Source: an uncultured archaeon (GTDB taxonomy: Archaea; Asgardarchaeota; Lokiarchaeia; Sigyniarchaeales; SOKP01). From it: a stretch of 49,091 bases of DNA. A program made the translations under genes and the position numbers. Numbering within the stretch: position 1 is the first letter of the stretch; each line of letters opens with the position of its first letter. Location: NCBI GenBank assembly GCA_964486045.1, contig CAZALK010000010.1:148989-198079 (forward strand), written 5' to 3'. The notes beneath the pieces are model-generated. The model saw nothing but the letters and a program-made list of their open reading frames with translations. It ran no database searches and had not been told where the DNA came from. This document shows positions 47,901 to 49,091 of the stretch, piece after piece.

Positions 47901-49089
47901 AAACGGGACCTGCAGTAAAATTCAAAATTACTGTTATGAGATCAAATTGGTTAAGAACTCCGTCTCCTGAATCTAAATCATTAATTGTTATTTCGTTGTT
48001 TGTGGCATTGAAATCAATACTATAAGACATATTATCATCTTCAATGGTTGCCCTAGTGAAATTTGGATAGGAAGCAATAACTTCAAATAATGTAAGATTT
48101 AAGAAATCTTGGGTGAAATTGTACTCGGTTTCAAATGTATAGAAATAAGATGCTTTATTTTCATACACGGTAAATGATTCAGAGTAGTATTGAACAGTCT
48201 CATAATCATAATCATCATCGTTAACTACAAGCTCGTCATACCATAGCTCGTATCGGGGTGTTAGTAAGTAATCTGAGTTATAGATAACATCAAGAGAGTA
48301 CGCATCAAGGTTTTCATATCGTAACTCGAGGCGTTCATTCCATGAGTTATTGAACGTATATTCGAAATAAATCGTGGTATTAGGTTCGATTAAAGCTGGA
48401 AGTTCAATTTCCATTCCCCAGTATTCTTGGAATTTGTCAAATCCTTGGTTCCATGTGAAATTTCCGGTGGTTGAGTCGTATAAGAGTTGATAGTCATCTT
48501 CATTAGAACTACCAAGAATCCCTGAGGTATAATAATTATAGTTTTCATCATAAATCTTGAGATGTTCTAGCCATTTCCCCTCGTCTGCATCATTAAAGAA
48601 GAGGGGAGTCTCCTCGAAAATTGGAATATATCCGTCAGTTTCAGGAGTGATACTGGAAGTAAAGTTTATTTGGTGGGTAAATTGCCACACTCTTGCATTC
48701 ATACTATCATATTCATTTGTGAGATCATGAGATTCTTGGACAATCGCAAATTCATGGACAGTAAGTTCATACGCGGGGTTAGGAACTGAAAAGAGCAAGT
48801 TGGTAAAATCTATAAAGCCGTCAACTGCAAATTGGTCTAGGGTAGTAAGGGGCATTTCAACTAAAATATCTCTATAAGTACCTAAATAATCAGTGCTGAA
48901 TGGAGTAAGCTCTATGGAAGTGCTGTAATAGTAAGGATCGGTAAAACTAGAGTAATTTAAGGAGTCGCCGGTATTTATAAGCATTAACTCAGCATATCTG
49001 GGTAGTGAACTGTAATCATAGTCAACAAATTTCTTCGCAAAATATACTTTTTCTACCCCAATTTGAATTGTTTTTTCAACCGGAGTGTG
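38941..49089 (-). CDS. Giant (>3380 aa) multidomain, probably exported protein; 5' end lies beyond the window
   Basis: The frame stays open upstream of the track ATG at 48984 to the window edge (HTPVEKTIQIGVEKVYFAKKFVDYDY...). Contains DxDxDG motifs, hydrophobic hairpins, a putative Ubl domain and a long C-terminal region. Confidence 0.9.
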   Translation of the reverse strand, partial: HTPVEKTIQIGVEKVYFAKKFVDYDYSSLPRYAELMLINTGDSLNYSSFTDPYYYSTSIELTPFSTDYLGTYRDILVEMPLTTLDQFAVDGFIDFTNLLFSVPNPAYELTVHEFAIVQESHDLTNEYDSMNARVWQFTHQINFTSSITPETDGYIPIFEETPLFFNDADEGKWLEHLKIYDENYNYYTSGILGSSNEDDYQLLYDSTTGNFTWNQGFDKFQEYWGMEIELPALIEPNTTIYFEYTFNNSWNERLELRYENLDAYSLDVIYNSDYLLTPRYELWYDELVVNDDDYDYETVQYYSESFTVYENKASYFYTFETEYNFTQDFLNLTLFEVIASYPNFTRATIEDDNMSYSIDFNATNNEITINDLDSGDGVLNQFDLITVILNFTAGPVSQRTFLNFSTNFNQTYLTDPEATFYDYYTISFAYLEVSPEYLLSEDAQTIVSSYTSFESIDYIRNTDLAIDQHLKGFNSSSRFINFEVVEDPYNVIYEADLDQDGEVDYKQLIDIDKDGKIDITKYGIMNSSGSEIIWYRVIQDFESVETKIDEKIPAEKRTKWFSLDYKSTDNFYGYAMRSSQERVTTTQTTRTVFYAVSVDLDLDGFTDSHVTYQKKTDSIEVDSYLDEWTAIFGFHDSILTQGLSKSPRNYLSAINKYITVKGIETGNFTDFFIKDAEYTSTAITFIRDTYTKYNEHNRTTYFNDFITQESLTYSDWEEGELVEVREYSNKFEDEFDMTATTDIESTVKTLSIINKETNQKVETDALPFLITDPAGLNWNTETWGVDNVPMEFETVTTKTGDNGYVVENRLERTIIIRLKDRFSLYHDYLKTDPKANDIVGSTLFKVNGVFVTPPDGKVYHTSDKDAFSTGKGKMDGHYLYYDSDGNAFYETVFILTPDEDGDGIYNVFSIGFNYDGKHDFEPYQVLNEDNPVGFNSVSQTYRAEYEYVESMGKNASYMFHGDSNEMKNFMKAHFPLSEFDNYIPKDQIFEISRLMPSSELNQYAPDLFLQVYSHWYGETWNIYQKSLDSDIWEQVLMITTAAITTALVGIGIAAITTLSASGIGAIAGVVFALIYFGLSVASQEEKRQIQAQVVASTTYYNLEKDGTYIEDTRNPTTLSDKRASEVYTLYEHHQGHPSAKYLPVSDSEGLYNGQAIVTPPKTLRTAGSTLDYSDDTLNMLINTLDTSKRNRLSKSGETILLDDEELTAETLRNNPRVLQYLFNGNKMYTALIHGSTSYSNLDYFLASSELPSYNAYEYYQFTPDKDTARTRTYSKYPLNSIGALENAVSTMSNDEFNTIRPYNINGRPAYGFIDEYSDAYRLTQPRTGLYKPIVVSQQRYNELEDEGINTGGIVSVDIKTGIYDGKWYSFLFRETPRGIDENLTHAEIEKGYKVKVPLLSKSFEYPITMITLDILELEEVEYTGQRMVYRNGVQKLETYTWTQIDIIDFASDIEISKQDYVIEGGTIYFTISFDDLVLDKYSAFALSAEEICSYRINIHIETVIPNKESSPEVFGTRISRDGINIGYDYVQQDYGDRGSLILDTTSNNLAKDALDQAISYLISDYVSVHTLAIELSQSQVEKEYTSHITRVSTLLTSIILIIPTVLSAGAIASLTGATLGFGKTALLTLVTYTATIPIQVITEEFEELYIDPWIESEMLKLGARTGTPREVAEFWSMFVSSFREAFMGAASSFLGNVFGGSDSLLQNLKSVFKRAEATRELVQDANVDKATKTKSLKQSQTATADVIADVRSKQKRDYLSLIDSNRIVSIAFSIPSFFVGGGGLATMAQVLDLSTDILFQMELGRLVGNKYVLDPLLDQLNTLELDLMGLEINFQKIMAEEISISRSPAVKSLSPSQTESSTARTTVNDLEASINQEHDRLQENTKLVNLLEENKIRREAFEQKAQTNLERFPIELDLGERRIEVSLRKSGESPETALKTIWVPAGLKLQELYDWVRSRYFRIIQDSYHDFVLMQDGVFLKEGNEVNNVDLLDDTLVSNIISSSDSPISMMAVQAGARPGKAWEINLKALIEKYTVKDVSFAKEFTENIHNTIRDQSENFFDVFDRIEFFTEFLPGLNYLVSESLKYFEEKGFDAIKSSVRRLWIASAKEEDPTLSKTDGKYIQQEKEASDIITRLEKIYDDSENPDNIIKQAILIGIVQKLYDSTSSSGKIPHDVKKGELFKVLMENVESFRKSLNLFANLDFIATSLLSCITHMNSFSPRTFYHPKGFDSGSELEIETQLKVLPKEHYSLIEKGYELVDFEEIVIHNEEFEENIKTEKFGLATNAIKGDNNRFDSGRRIYYNKKDDQWLVLYTPAKNAIKFQTFSLDGIIENTLRVVYETNNKIIKDNRLTPTNTINRVVLVAPFLSQENTYNTINTFGDNFLLKLSQGVDLGSGPWQRIGVKKRGGSFSLADGHKFNKIQEINARLQPSQQSSLKAFQEYANQFELSYSGSIDTFIQDLLEPDPSKPQQTKLQDYWGIKYDSKGNEEYKLTLEGSIRMYMDTGKVVYVDDVKGFLGRQYIEQTGDLDGIKTSIDKDSGKRYIAEATVLGFEMDSTGRPIYRLFSLEQVASGLPMETKYQLGYPKKQFFNVESGKVDYDIEPQIAFTHNNGHRLLGRYGDFLVDEESGIVQLRDNLEKWYLDEETLTKNLIDGNKGIKLIFYEVNRHGNTYNVMGSQMQLTSMKLAHNIDIDYNKDRFSDETYSGRKNKPRASKLDLVPFLRQYPIPKNIKIQALELENTFLLPLAAIVQTQLDHRGTSIETSVLQSIIPEILKVLNSYKDENGQVHLGNDYSELEFIFTNLFKQKNNDVSYVTFKGTEDVNHVIFKAEQTDKEWANTILQSITSYNAPSGITDPKLQKINEKILKYKQSFSKRFPNGFSSGTDFKQYRQGETLFEDGSLMEGLVEALIDIVGRFTYSKMITGSLYFDGNKVNFITPSWKGFLGAHTRDFRLLLEHVSSTKNNLPPGVAISGNSFSYVLDSYMFGQTLRVKIVREFGGQSEDLFIRSPHIPTSFWNPAYKDVDEIFANKRTQYTNHLSNALLSALGKKFRTSIKIELTKARGTRLFLEELLNRFKTKVVDNVESPSLRREYLYVIESALYKLLFQGKAHAFDIKRKEILSFLNGRIDELAISFDLEDVPSELSSILLEGRDRASWAIDGYDKVFSDSVRIKVRSVVGLQADALLSDLEEPITLFGQVFKDLSKSLGNPEAGLTKKVYLVPMVSFSHGLGQSKRTGHNQYIDTATNLIEIDDIIWKSWEFDGTNDGKNLHLFKDKFEKVLRGLLEGGITLLTFVVDEEGSSEFLGAFNVLQDAVGLADLHFTTNDRYNVFTSTDALNEDFNNAISSVLREFKQHSVPILPIDQSEDPFESYHHFRFISDFF

Positions 49090-49091
49090 AT

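Noticed and set aside
37495-49091. Integrated mobile element or provirus carrying the giant gene
   Set aside because: The region looks somewhat GC-richer by eye, but no integrase, transposase, att repeat or viral gene is visible in the window.

Overview
AT-rich archaeal chromosome segment, almost certainly Asgard (Lokiarchaeia/Promethearchaeota). The evidence is an actin-family gene, two Ras/Rab-like small GTPases, a longin-like protein, an MPN/JAB protein, a HEAT plus winged-helix-repeat protein and Loki-type LRR proteins, together with frequent TTG starts. These genes are mixed with housekeeping and metabolic genes (purH, guaB, comDE, GGT, CoA-transferase, polyprenyl synthase, SF2 helicase, DRG-like GTPase, ZIP and ECF transporters). 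I saw no rRNA, tRNA, CRISPR array or transposase. Both ends cut genes: a GTPase-coiled-coil-PEVK-repeat protein on the left and a >3380-aa giant protein on the right. The top candidate for a new system is that giant protein. It has Ca-binding-type DxDxDG repeats, Gly/Ala-rich hydrophobic hairpins and what reads as an internal ubiquitin-like domain ending QAG, followed by a 1366-aa C-terminal cargo. An LRR gene lies directly downstream, and a JAMM-intact deubiquitinase-like gene and a UBZ-like zinc-finger gene lie beyond it. This suggests a polymorphic-toxin-like protein with Ubl-mediated cargo release. Other notable items are an actin-related protein with a double zinc-ribbon insertion and altered catalytic residues, an SSUH2-like protein, apparent ATH start codons, and a triple operator-like repeat upstream of guaB-purH. 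All family calls come from reading motifs by eye; no database searches were run.
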